Below are positions 28,045 to 36,180 of a stretch of 64,000 nucleotides of DNA, one piece after another. This DNA is from an uncultured Christensenella sp. (GTDB taxonomy: Bacteria; Bacillota; Clostridia; Christensenellales; UBA1242), in contig CASFQL010000010.1 of NCBI GenBank assembly GCA_949296965.1, positions 194,115-258,114 of the forward strand, read 5' to 3'. The position numbers and the translations under genes were made by a program. Every line of letters starts with the position of its first letter. The first letter of the stretch is position 1. Below the pieces are notes generated by a model that saw only the letters and a program-made list of their open reading frames with translations, did no database searches and had not been told where the DNA came from.

Positions 28045-28156
28045 TGTTTTAAGAAGAAGTGCCACTTCTCACCGTTTAATAATTAGGTTCAAACGGTTAA
28101 ATGCAATTATATTTTGATTGTTATAAGTGGGCTCCTTCCGAGTTCACTTTTTTTGT
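28045..28156 (+). promoter_or_regulatory. Candidate L20-type leader/attenuator upstream of infC
   Basis: Hairpin ACCGTTT..AAACGGT (about 28069-28097), then stem AAGTGGGCTC-cttcc-GAGTTCACTT (28125-28149). That stem has two G.U pairs valid only on the + strand RNA and is followed by T7. Firmicute infC operons are known to use an L20-responsive terminator leader. Confidence 0.5.
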
Positions 28157-28193
28157 TTGAACAAAAATGTAGCAAAAATGGAGGTATTTTGTT

Positions 28194-28709
28194 ATTAAAA
28201 ATCAGCAACTTATAAATGAAAACATTAATTTACCACAGGTTAGATTGATTGGACCTAATAATGAGCAGTTAGGGATTATGTCTAGCAAAGAGGCTTTGTC
28301 TATTGCAGAAGAACACAATTTAGATTTGGTGCTATTTTCGCCAAACGCAGAGCCACCTGTTTGCAAAATAATAGATTATGGTAAATTTAAGTTCGATCAA
28401 GCAAAAAGATTGAAAGAACAAAGAAAGGCACAAAAAGTCGTTGAAATAAAAGAAGTTCAATTATCTATGACTATTGATAAGCATGATGTTGAAATAAAAG
28501 CAAAACATGCACAAAGGTTTTTGTCAGAAGGGGATAAGGTAAAAGTAAGTATTCGTATGAGAGGTCGTCAGCAGGCAAGACCAGAGATTGGAGTTGAGAT
28601 TATGAATTCTTTTTATGAGATGATAAAAGAATTTGGTGTTGTAGAAAAAGCACCTGAAATTATGGGTAGGAATATTTTTATGATTCTTGCTCCAAACAAA
28701 GCAAAATAA
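28194..28709 (+). CDS. infC: Translation initiation factor IF-3 (non-canonical ATT start)
   Basis: The in-frame extension from ATT 28194 gives IKNQQLINENINLPQVRLIGPNNEQLGI, the normal IF-3 N-terminus. GGAGGT (28180-28185) lies 8 nt upstream. AUU starts on infC are well established. The track start 28245 (TTG) truncates the N domain. Confidence 0.85.
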   Translation: MKNQQLINENINLPQVRLIGPNNEQLGIMSSKEALSIAEEHNLDLVLFSPNAEPPVCKIIDYGKFKFDQAKRLKEQRKAQKVVEIKEVQLSMTIDKHDVEIKAKHAQRFLSEGDKVKVSIRMRGRQQARPEIGVEIMNSFYEMIKEFGVVEKAPEIMGRNIFMILAPNKAK

Positions 28710-28730
28710 TGAGATTAAGGAGATTGTAAA

Positions 28731-28925
28731 ATGCCAAAACAAAAAACAAATAGTGCAGCAAAAAAGAGATTTATAGTTAAGAAGTCAGGTCTTATTAAAA
28801 GATCAAAGCAAGGTAGAAGACATATTTTAACTAAGAAAACAACTTCAACAAAAAGAAATTTGAGAAAGTCGGCTTATGTAAGTAAGGCTCAAAGTAAGAC
28901 TATTAAACAAATGGTTCAAGGTTAA
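28731..28925 (+). CDS. rpmI: 50S ribosomal protein L35
   Basis: [15 protein letters not shown]-terminus; 64 aa, basic. Confidence 0.96.
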   Translation: MPKQKTNSAAKKRFIVKKSGLIKRSKQGRRHILTKKTTSTKRNLRKSAYVSKAQSKTIKQMVQG

Positions 28926-28946
28926 TAAAAGAAGGAGCAAGAGAAA

Positions 28947-29291
28947 ATGAGAATTAAAAGAGCAGTAAATAAAAATAAACATAAAAGAGCAATCTTAAAA
29001 CAAGCAAAAGGATTTTGGGGTTCTAGGAGCAAACTTGTTAGAGTTGCTAATCAAGCAGTAATGAAAAGTTTAATGCATGCTTATATTGGTAGAAGATTGA
29101 GAAAAAGGGATATGAGAAGACTTTGGATTTCAAGAATTAATGCAGCATGCAGAGTTAATGGTATTAGTTATAGTAAGTTTATAGGTGCTATGAAAGTTAA
29201 AAATATTAATCTTAATCGTAAAGTGCTTGCTGATATGGCAGTTAATGATAAGTCAGCATTTGCAAACCTTGTAAAAGAAGTTCTTGCTTAA
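28947..29291 (+). CDS. rplT: 50S ribosomal protein L20
   Basis: MRIKRAVNKNKHKRAILKQAKGFWGSRS N-terminus. Confidence 0.96.
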   Translation: MRIKRAVNKNKHKRAILKQAKGFWGSRSKLVRVANQAVMKSLMHAYIGRRLRKRDMRRLWISRINAACRVNGISYSKFIGAMKVKNINLNRKVLADMAVNDKSAFANLVKEVLA

Positions 29292-29307
29292 TTAAAAGGA
29301 TATTGAT

Positions 29308-30069
29308 TTGGAAATAATTACATCAATTAAAAATCCAATAATTGTTAAAACTTTAAAAATAAAAAAAGATTGTAAAAATAAAATATTTTTAGAAGGTGTT
29401 AAGTTAATTTTAGATGCGCTAGATTATGGTTTAAATATAGATTATTTATTAATTTGTAAAGATAAAGAAGAATTTTTTAAAGAAAAATATCCATTTTTGT
29501 TTAAAAAAACAGCATATATTATTAGTAACAATGTTTTAAATTCTTTATGCGATACAAATACCCCACAAGGAATAGTAGCAATTTTTGATTTTAAAAAATT
29601 TGACATAGACATTCCTAAAAATAATTTTATTGTTTTAGATAATATACAGGATCCCGGGAACTTAGGAACTATTATTAGGTCAGCATCGGGGACAAGTTTT
29701 AAAGAATTATTTCTCATAAACTGTGTTAATCCTTTTAATCAAAAGGTTATTCGCAGTTCTATGGGAGGGATTTTTAAGGAAAAAATTTATTTTATTAATT
29801 CTATTAAAGACTTTATATCCTTTGCAACTAATAATAAGTTAAAATTACTTGTTGCGACAATGGAAGGTAGTAATATTTTTGAATTTAGTAAACCTGAAAG
29901 CCCTTTTGGTCTTGTTGTAGGTAATGAAGGAAAAGGAGTTAGCCCTGAGTTAAAAAATATCACAACTAATAAAATCTCCATTCCTATGAAAAATGGACTT
30001 GAATCACTTAATGCTGGTGTTAGTTGTTCTATAATTATATATTGTCTTGATAATATGAAATCTAATTAA
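29308..30069 (+). CDS. TrmH/SpoU family RNA 2'-O-methyltransferase
   Basis: SPOUT motifs LDNIQDPGNLGTIIRSA, VVGNEGKGVS and IPMKNGLESLNAGVSCSIIIY; TTG start. Confidence 0.88.
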   Translation: MEIITSIKNPIIVKTLKIKKDCKNKIFLEGVKLILDALDYGLNIDYLLICKDKEEFFKEKYPFLFKKTAYIISNNVLNSLCDTNTPQGIVAIFDFKKFDIDIPKNNFIVLDNIQDPGNLGTIIRSASGTSFKELFLINCVNPFNQKVIRSSMGGIFKEKIYFINSIKDFISFATNNKLKLLVATMEGSNIFEFSKPESPFGLVVGNEGKGVSPELKNITTNKISIPMKNGLESLNAGVSCSIIIYCLDNMKSN

Positions 30070-30084
30070 AAAAGGAGATAAAAT

Positions 30085-30642
30085 ATGATTTCTGCGGGAG
30101 AATTTAGAAAAGGTGTTACATTTGAACTTGATGGTAACATTTACAATGTTGTTGATTTTCAACATGTTAAACCAGGTAAAGGGGCTGCTTTTGTTAGAAC
30201 TAAAATAAAAAATATTATAACAGGTCAGGTCCTTGAAAGAACTTTTAACCCAACTGAAAAGGTTGAGGAAGCAAAAATTGAAAGAAAAGAGATGCAATAT
30301 CTTTATAATGATGGTGAAATTTATTATTTTATGGATATGGAAACTTTTGAGCAAATTCCACTTAATTATGAGCAAGTTGAAGATGCTATGAAATATGTAG
30401 TAGAAAATATGATGGTTTCTATTCAATTCTATAAAGGAAAGGCTTTTTCTGTTTTACCTCCTATGTTTGTTGAACTTAATATTACTGAATGTGAACCTGG
30501 TATACAAGGAGATACTTCAAAGGCAGGTAATAAGCCAGCAACACTTGAAACAGGAGTTACAATTCAAGTTCCTCTTTTTGTCAATCAAGGAGATAGAATT
30601 AGAGTTGATACAAGAACAGGTTCCTATATGGAAAGAGTTTAG
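30085..30642 (+). CDS. efp: Elongation factor P
   Basis: [19 protein letters not shown]...[17 protein letters not shown]. Confidence 0.96.
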   Translation: MISAGEFRKGVTFELDGNIYNVVDFQHVKPGKGAAFVRTKIKNIITGQVLERTFNPTEKVEEAKIERKEMQYLYNDGEIYYFMDMETFEQIPLNYEQVEDAMKYVVENMMVSIQFYKGKAFSVLPPMFVELNITECEPGIQGDTSKAGNKPATLETGVTIQVPLFVNQGDRIRVDTRTGSYMERV

Positions 30643-30650
30643 ACTTTAAA

Positions 30651-30684
30651 GGTAACAATGCTTTTAGTGTTGTTATCTTTTTTT
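30651..30684 (+). terminator. Intrinsic terminator after efp
   Basis: GGTAACAA (30651-30658) pairs with TTGTTATC (30670-30677), including one G.U that is valid only on the + strand. T7 follows. Confidence 0.7.
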
Positions 30685-30818
30685 AAGTTAATTATGATAT
30701 TTTTATAAGTTAATTATGATATTTTTATAAGTTAATTATGATATTTTTATAAGTTAATTGAGATATTTTTATAAGGTTATTAAAAGATTTTTCTATAAGT
30801 TAATTGAAAGATTTTTAC
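30685..30818 (+). repeat. Tandem array of 22-bp direct repeats (about 6 units)
   Basis: AAGTTAATTATGATATTTTTAT occurs at 30685, 30707 and 30729. Variants are AAGTTAATTGAGATATTTTTAT (30751), AAGGTTATTAAAAGATTTTTCTAT (30773) and AAGTTAATTGAAAGATTTTTAC (30797). Units abut with no spacers. Confidence 0.9.
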
Positions 30819-30858
30819 TAGATAAAATATATTTAGTGGGATTAAACTTATTTAAAAA

Positions 30859-30956
30859 GGGAACTATGTGCAAAAGTTAAACTTTTGCACGAAATTTTAA
30901 AAGTTTTTAAAATTTCGTTGTAAAATTTTTTTAAAAATTTTACTCACATAGTTCCC
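30859..30956 (-). repeat. Four-way-junction intergenic element, copy e (inverted hairpin order)
   Basis: Closing stem GGGAACTATGTG / CACATAGTTCCC encloses CAAAAGT-taa-ACTTTTG, ACGAAATTTTAAA-agtt-TTTAAAATTTCGT and GTAAAATTTT..AAAATTTTAC. A T-run follows on the minus strand. Confidence 0.85.
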
Positions 30957-31080
30957 GTATCTTATATAGTTTTTGTCAATATTATATATCTTATTTTTTT
31001 ATAGTTTGTAATAAAAAGTTGTTTAAATGATAAAAATTAAAAATATTAAATCTAGTAATAACTATAACTAATTTTATAAG

Positions 31081-31575
31081 AAGTTAAGGTAAAAGAGAAA
31101 ATTTATTTTCAATTTTACTTAACGACGACGAATCAAAATTATGTGACAAAAATGCTAATTTTTGAATTTAAAATTTAACTTAGTTAAATTCTAATAGTTG
31201 TTATTTTATTTTACAAAAATACAACAGCACATAATTTATATTATAGGAAGTTAAGGTAAAAGAGAAAATTTATTTTCATTTTTACTTAACGACGACAAAT
31301 CAAAATTATGTATCAAAATGCTAATTTTTGAATTTAAAATTTAACTTAGTTAAATTCTAATAGTTGTTATTTTATTTTACAAAAAATACAACAACACATA
31401 ATTTATATTATAGGAAGTTAAGGTAAAAGAGAAAATTTATTTTCAATTTTACTTAACGACGACAAATCAAAATTATGTGACAAAAATGCTAATTTTTGAA
31501 TTTAAAATTTAACTTGCTTAAATTTTAAAGGTTGTGATTTTATAAAAAATCACAACAACACATAATTTATATTAA
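31081..31575. repeat. Three head-to-tail copies of a 167-nt composite structured element
   Basis: AAGTTAAGG recurs at 31081, 31248 and 31415, giving a 167-nt period. Each unit has a long hairpin, then linker GACGAC(G/A)AAT, then closing stem AAATTATGTG / CACATAATTT around three hairpins. Confidence 0.9.
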
Positions 31576-31760
31576 TAAGTTTTTATTAGAAAAAATAAAG
31601 TAATAAGAAAAAGATGTTGCAAAAAAGTAATAATTATTATTAACACAAACTGTGAGTATAAGGTTATAAATAAATTATTTTTTAAAATATATATTTTTTG
31701 CAATATATTTACAAAAAATGAGCTATGCAAAACATATTTTCAATAAATCTAAAAACAAAA

Positions 31761-31797
31761 AATAGCAATACTTTTGTAGTATTGTTATTTTTTTTGT
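31761..31797 (+). terminator. Orphan + strand intrinsic terminator with no upstream annotated gene
   Basis: 12-bp stem AATAGCAATACT (31761-31772) / AGTATTGTTATT (31778-31789), with one G.U that is valid only on the + strand. T8-9 follows. Confidence 0.65.
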
Positions 31798-31856
31798 CGT
31801 TTTAGTTGTTTTGATAAAAAATCATAATATACATAAATAAAACAAGGAGACAGAGA

Positions 31857-32768
31857 ATGTTTGAAAAACTTTTCCCTCAATATATATTAAAAGCCTTAAA
31901 TTTAACACCAATTAATAAAATAAATGAAATAAGAATTAGAGAAAATAAAGCAATTATAGTTACAATTTCAAACAAATCATATTTTCTATCACAAGAAGGT
32001 TTAACAGGTAAATTAGAAAAAGCGATTATCGCTGAAAAATTTTTAATAGATGAGATAGTAAAACGGGCATGTGAGAATTCTGTATATGCCTTTTCAAATC
32101 AAATAAGAGAGGGCTTTATTACAACGCAAGGAGGAATTAGAATAGGTCTTGGAGGCGAGGGAGTATATGAAAATAAGAGTTTAAAGACATTAAAAAATAT
32201 AAATAGCCTTTCAATTAGAATACCAAGGGAAGTAAAAGGTTGTGCGATAAAAATATTAGAATATTTATTTAAACAAGATTTTTTAAATACTCTAATAATT
32301 TCTCCGCCAGGGGCAGGGAAAACAACTTTGATAAGAGATATAATTTATCAATTATCTCAAAAAAATTATTGTTATAACATTTTGTTAGTAGATGAAAGAT
32401 TTGAAATAGCAAATTGTTTTAATGGGCTTGCTACCTTAGATGTTGGTAATTTTTGCGACATTTTAAGTGGGGTGAGTAAAAGATACGCTTTTGAAAATGG
32501 AATTAGAAGTTTAAGGCCAGATATCATTGTAACTGACGAAATATCTAATCTAAGTGATTATGATAGTATTCTTTATGCTTGTAATTCTGGAGTAAATATT
32601 CTCGCTTCAATTCACGCTAAAACTATTGATGATTTAAAATATAAAAAAGATTTTGAATCTATACTTAAAAATAAAGTTTTTTCACGCTTTATCGTTTTAT
32701 CTTCAAGGGACGGACCGGGGACAATTGAAGCAATTTATGATGAAAATTTAAGGTGTATTAGTTATTGA
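31857..32768 (+). CDS. spoIIIAA: Stage III sporulation protein AA (ATPase)
   Basis: SPPGAGKTTLIRD Walker A and IVTDE Walker B. First gene of an 8-gene spoIIIA-type operon after efp, as in Bacillus. Confidence 0.92.
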   Translation: MFEKLFPQYILKALNLTPINKINEIRIRENKAIIVTISNKSYFLSQEGLTGKLEKAIIAEKFLIDEIVKRACENSVYAFSNQIREGFITTQGGIRIGLGGEGVYENKSLKTLKNINSLSIRIPREVKGCAIKILEYLFKQDFLNTLIISPPGAGKTTLIRDIIYQLSQKNYCYNILLVDERFEIANCFNGLATLDVGNFCDILSGVSKRYAFENGIRSLRPDIIVTDEISNLSDYDSILYACNSGVNILASIHAKTIDDLKYKKDFESILKNKVFSRFIVLSSRDGPGTIEAIYDENLRCISY

Positions 32769-33262
32769 TGAAAATTATTTTAATTATTGTTGTATTTATT
32801 TGTTGTGTATTTATTGGATTAAAAATAAGTCAATATTATAAGAAGAGAAAGAAATTTTTTAATAGTTTGTGTTCGTATTGCGATAATTTAAAAATCTCAA
32901 TATCTTATAGCCAAGAAAAACTAAATAATATTACACAAAAATTTATAAAAGAACAACAAGATGAGTTTGCAAAGTTACTAAAAGATTTTGAATTTTTTAT
33001 TCAAAATAAAATTAGTGAAAATGAATTTAGAAATTGTAAAGAATTGTATTTTTTAAATAAAGATGAAAAAGAAGATATAATGTGCTTTTTTTGTTCTCTT
33101 GGAAATATGGCAAAAGATGAGGAGATAGAAAAGATAGAGATATCTACTTTAAAATTTCAAAATTATTACAAAAAAGTGAGTGATGATTATAAAAAATTTT
33201 CTTCTTTATATCTAAAACTATTTATTGTAATTGGACTTGCTGTGGTAATCATATTCATTTAA
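32768..33262 (+). CDS. spoIIIAB: Stage III sporulation protein AB
   Basis: About 165 aa with N- and C-terminal TM segments. Operon position. ATG 32768 overlaps the spoIIIAA TGA. Confidence 0.85.
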   Translation: MKIILIIVVFICCVFIGLKISQYYKKRKKFFNSLCSYCDNLKISISYSQEKLNNITQKFIKEQQDEFAKLLKDFEFFIQNKISENEFRNCKELYFLNKDEKEDIMCFFCSLGNMAKDEEIEKIEISTLKFQNYYKKVSDDYKKFSSLYLKLFIVIGLAVVIIFI

Positions 33263-33277
33263 TTTAGGGGTAAAAAT

Positions 33278-33475
33278 ATGGATTATAACATAATATTTAA
33301 AATTGCCGCAATTGGAATTTTAACGGCGGTTGTAAGCCAAGTTTTAAAAAATATTGGTAAAGATGAGATTTCTACATTTACAACACTTGCTGGGGTTATC
33401 ATTGTTTTAATTATGTCTATTAATTTAATTTCTGAACTTTTTGAGGCAGTAAAGCAGTTATTTTTAATTTACTAG
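33278..33475 (+). CDS. spoIIIAC: Stage III sporulation protein AC
   Basis: 65-aa two-TM protein with IFKIAAIGILTAVVSQVLKNIGKDE, typical of SpoIIIAC. Confidence 0.9.
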   Translation: MDYNIIFKIAAIGILTAVVSQVLKNIGKDEISTFTTLAGVIIVLIMSINLISELFEAVKQLFLIY

Positions 33476-33485
33476 GGAAAGATTT

Positions 33486-33872
33486 ATGGAAATTTTTAAA
33501 ATAGTTGCTATTGGTTTACTAACTTGCTTTGTTGGGTTGCTTATAAAACAAATTAGACCTGAGTTCTATATCTTAGTAATATTAACAGGCGGAATTGTCA
33601 TTTTATTTATGATAATTGACCAATTAAGTGTAGTTTTCAATTATTTTTTAACCATATTTAATAAAACAAACCTAAATTATTCACTTTTTTCTAATATTCT
33701 AAAAATTGTTGGAGTTGGATATTTGACAGAATTTGCAAATGGAATTTGTTGTGATACGGGAAATTCAAGTATTGGAGATAAAATAGTCCTTGCTGGGAAA
33801 ATTCTAATAGTCTGTTTATCTTTTCCTATTTTAACTGAATTATTAAATATTATTATAGAGATTTTACCGTGA
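33486..33872 (+). CDS. spoIIIAD: Stage III sporulation protein AD
   Basis: 128-aa multi-TM protein with IVAIGLLTCFVGLLIKQIRPEF; operon position. Confidence 0.9.
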   Translation: MEIFKIVAIGLLTCFVGLLIKQIRPEFYILVILTGGIVILFMIIDQLSVVFNYFLTIFNKTNLNYSLFSNILKIVGVGYLTEFANGICCDTGNSSIGDKIVLAGKILIVCLSFPILTELLNIIIEILP

Positions 33873-35113
33873 GAAAATTTTTAAAAATTTTATTTTGTTT
33901 TATTTTTATTATTTTTGCTCTCTATTCTTCTTGTTTACATTTTTTAAATTTAGAAAATGAAAGAAAAGAAGAATTTTTAGTAGAAGAAGATGTTTTTTGT
34001 GCAACTTCAAACACTGATGATATTGAGCAAGAATTAGAAGAAAATATTAATGACCAATTAAATAAAATTGAATTTGGAGAAATTGAAGACTTAATTAATA
34101 ACCTAGATGCTCAAACTAAGTTTGTCTTTTCTTCAAATTCATTTTTAGATATTGTAAAAAAGTTTATAACAGGGGAAGATACGGAACTTTTTTCTAGTTT
34201 TGTGCCGTATGCTTTAAACTTAGTATTTAGTAATATTTTACAATATGTTCCGTATTTTGCTATTATAATTGCTATTGCTATTGTATATAGCATTATTAGT
34301 GGTATTTCTAGCGAAAAAAATAAATCTATTTCTTTACTTATTAATATAGTTTGTTTTAGTGCTATTGCAGTAATTATTTTAAGTATAATTCTTCAACTTC
34401 TTAAATCTTCATTGCAGTCAATTCAGGTTATGGAAAGACTAATGGAAATTATTTTTCCTATAATACTTACATTAATTACTGCTATTGGAAGTGTAGTTAC
34501 TGCATCATCATTTCAGCCTTTACTTGTAGTTTTATCTAGTGGAATAACAAAAATATTTACGGTAGTTTTAATACCAATTTTCATATTTTCAATTATTTTC
34601 GGAATAATAGGTAACTTATCAAAAAACATAAAATTAGATAAATTTTCAAAATTTTTTTCTAGTTTATTTAATTGGATTATTGGAATAGTTTTTACTATTT
34701 TTATGTCTTTTTTAACTTTACAAGGTCTTACAGTTTCAAGTATTGATACTATTTCAATTAAGACAGCGAAGTTTGCAATAAAAAATTACATTCCAATCGT
34801 TGGCTCCTATCTTGCTGACGGAATGGGGTTAATAGTGGCAAGTAGTGTGCTTATAAAAAATGCAATTGGAATTTCTGGCATACTCTTATTATTTTCAGTC
34901 GTTTTTTTACCTGTTATTCAAATTGCTATTGTTGGTCTACTTTTAAAACTAACTTCGGCAATTTTAGAGCCTGTTTGCGATAAAGAAGTCTCAGACTTTT
35001 TATTTTCAATATCAAAGAGTTTAAATATGTTAATAGTATGTTTAGTTGCAATAGGATTTATGTTTTTAATTTCAGTTTCGCTTTTAATGTGTTGTGCAAA
35101 TGTCGTCTTTTAA
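33869..35113 (+). CDS. spoIIIAE: Stage III sporulation protein AE
   Basis: About 414-aa polytopic membrane protein with a signal-like N-terminus. GTG start overlaps the spoIIIAD stop. Confidence 0.88.
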   Translation: MRKFLKILFCFIFIIFALYSSCLHFLNLENERKEEFLVEEDVFCATSNTDDIEQELEENINDQLNKIEFGEIEDLINNLDAQTKFVFSSNSFLDIVKKFITGEDTELFSSFVPYALNLVFSNILQYVPYFAIIIAIAIVYSIISGISSEKNKSISLLINIVCFSAIAVIILSIILQLLKSSLQSIQVMERLMEIIFPIILTLITAIGSVVTASSFQPLLVVLSSGITKIFTVVLIPIFIFSIIFGIIGNLSKNIKLDKFSKFFSSLFNWIIGIVFTIFMSFLTLQGLTVSSIDTISIKTAKFAIKNYIPIVGSYLADGMGLIVASSVLIKNAIGISGILLLFSVVFLPVIQIAIVGLLLKLTSAILEPVCDKEVSDFLFSISKSLNMLIVCLVAIGFMFLISVSLLMCCANVVF

Positions 35114-35122
35114 GGAGGGAAA

Positions 35123-35605
35123 ATGAGTGCTATTTCAACTTGGATATTGTCAATAACAGGTATTGTGCTTGTTGGACTTTTATTTGATATTCTTTTACCT
35201 AATGGAAAGACAAATAAAATAGTTAAGAGCGTTGTTGCATTATTTACTGTTTTAGTAATTGTTTCGCCATTAAAAAATATTGACTTAAACAATTTTGACT
35301 TTTCAAATCTTTTTGAAAACTTTAATATAGATAGCCAATTTGTATCAAGTATTACGGAGGATATGGTTCAAACTTTAAAAGATGATATACAAGAAAATCT
35401 ATATGAAAATGGTTATTCGGGTGTAAAAATTGATTTTGAAGTATCTTCAAGCCAAGAAAATTTACAAATAAAAACTGTTTTTGTCGATTTAAGTAATTTA
35501 GTTCTTTTAGACAATAATTTGAATATAAATAAGTATACAAACATTGTGGCAATAATAAAAAGTCTAGTCGATATAAAAGAGGATAGTATAATTTTTTATG
35601 AGTGA
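35123..35605 (+). CDS. spoIIIAF: Stage III sporulation protein AF
   Basis: Two N-terminal TM helices plus a soluble domain; operon position. Confidence 0.82.
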   Translation: MSAISTWILSITGIVLVGLLFDILLPNGKTNKIVKSVVALFTVLVIVSPLKNIDLNNFDFSNLFENFNIDSQFVSSITEDMVQTLKDDIQENLYENGYSGVKIDFEVSSSQENLQIKTVFVDLSNLVLLDNNLNINKYTNIVAIIKSLVDIKEDSIIFYE

Positions 35606-36164
35606 AGAAAAAAAACAAACAAAAAAACCTTTTCAAAATTTGTTTAATAAAATAAAAAAAATTAAACACCTTGACATCATTTTAACAGTTTTATTTATTG
35701 CTATAATTTTGCTAATATATTTTTCTAGTTTTAGTTTTACACAAACAAAAGAAAATAGTAATTCAAATTCAAATACACAACAAGGACAAGCATCTACAAC
35801 ATTTGAAGAATATGTTTTAAGTTTGACAAATCAAATAGAAAACATTGTTAGTTCAATAAAAGGTGCTGGAAATACAAAAGTTATGCTCTATTTTGAAGAA
35901 GGTATAAAAACTGAGATAGCATACTCAACTGAAACAAAAACTCTTAGTGATGGAACAAAAGTTGAGGTAAAGAGTCCTGTGCTAGTAACAAAAAATGGAC
36001 AAGATGAGCCGATAGTTCTGCAGGAAACAATGCCTAAGCCTGTCTCAATAATAATTGTTGCTAACGGAGCGGAAAACACAAATGTAAAACTTGAAATTTT
36101 AAGGTTAGTTCAAGCAATGTTCGAGATTGGTTCATCAAAAGTAGAAATTTTTGCAGGTAATTAA
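35598..36164 (+). CDS. spoIIIAG: Stage III sporulation protein AG
   Basis: Single TM, then GAGNTKVMLYFEEG... ring-building-motif-like domain; operon position. Confidence 0.85.
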   Translation: MSEEKKQTKKPFQNLFNKIKKIKHLDIILTVLFIAIILLIYFSSFSFTQTKENSNSNSNTQQGQASTTFEEYVLSLTNQIENIVSSIKGAGNTKVMLYFEEGIKTEIAYSTETKTLSDGTKVEVKSPVLVTKNGQDEPIVLQETMPKPVSIIIVANGAENTNVKLEILRLVQAMFEIGSSKVEIFAGN

Positions 36165-36180
36165 GGAGGATTAAATTAAA

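Noticed and set aside
30685-30818. Could the 22-bp tandem repeats be a degenerate CRISPR or a replication origin?
   Set aside because: There are no spacers between units, and I saw no DnaA-box-like words (TTATCCACA) or dnaA/rep gene nearby. I report it only as a tandem array of unknown function.
31081-31575. Could the 167-nt tandem units be a CRISPR array?
   Set aside because: The units abut directly with no unique spacers. The period (167 nt) is far outside CRISPR repeat-plus-spacer geometry, and no cas-like ORF exists anywhere in the window.
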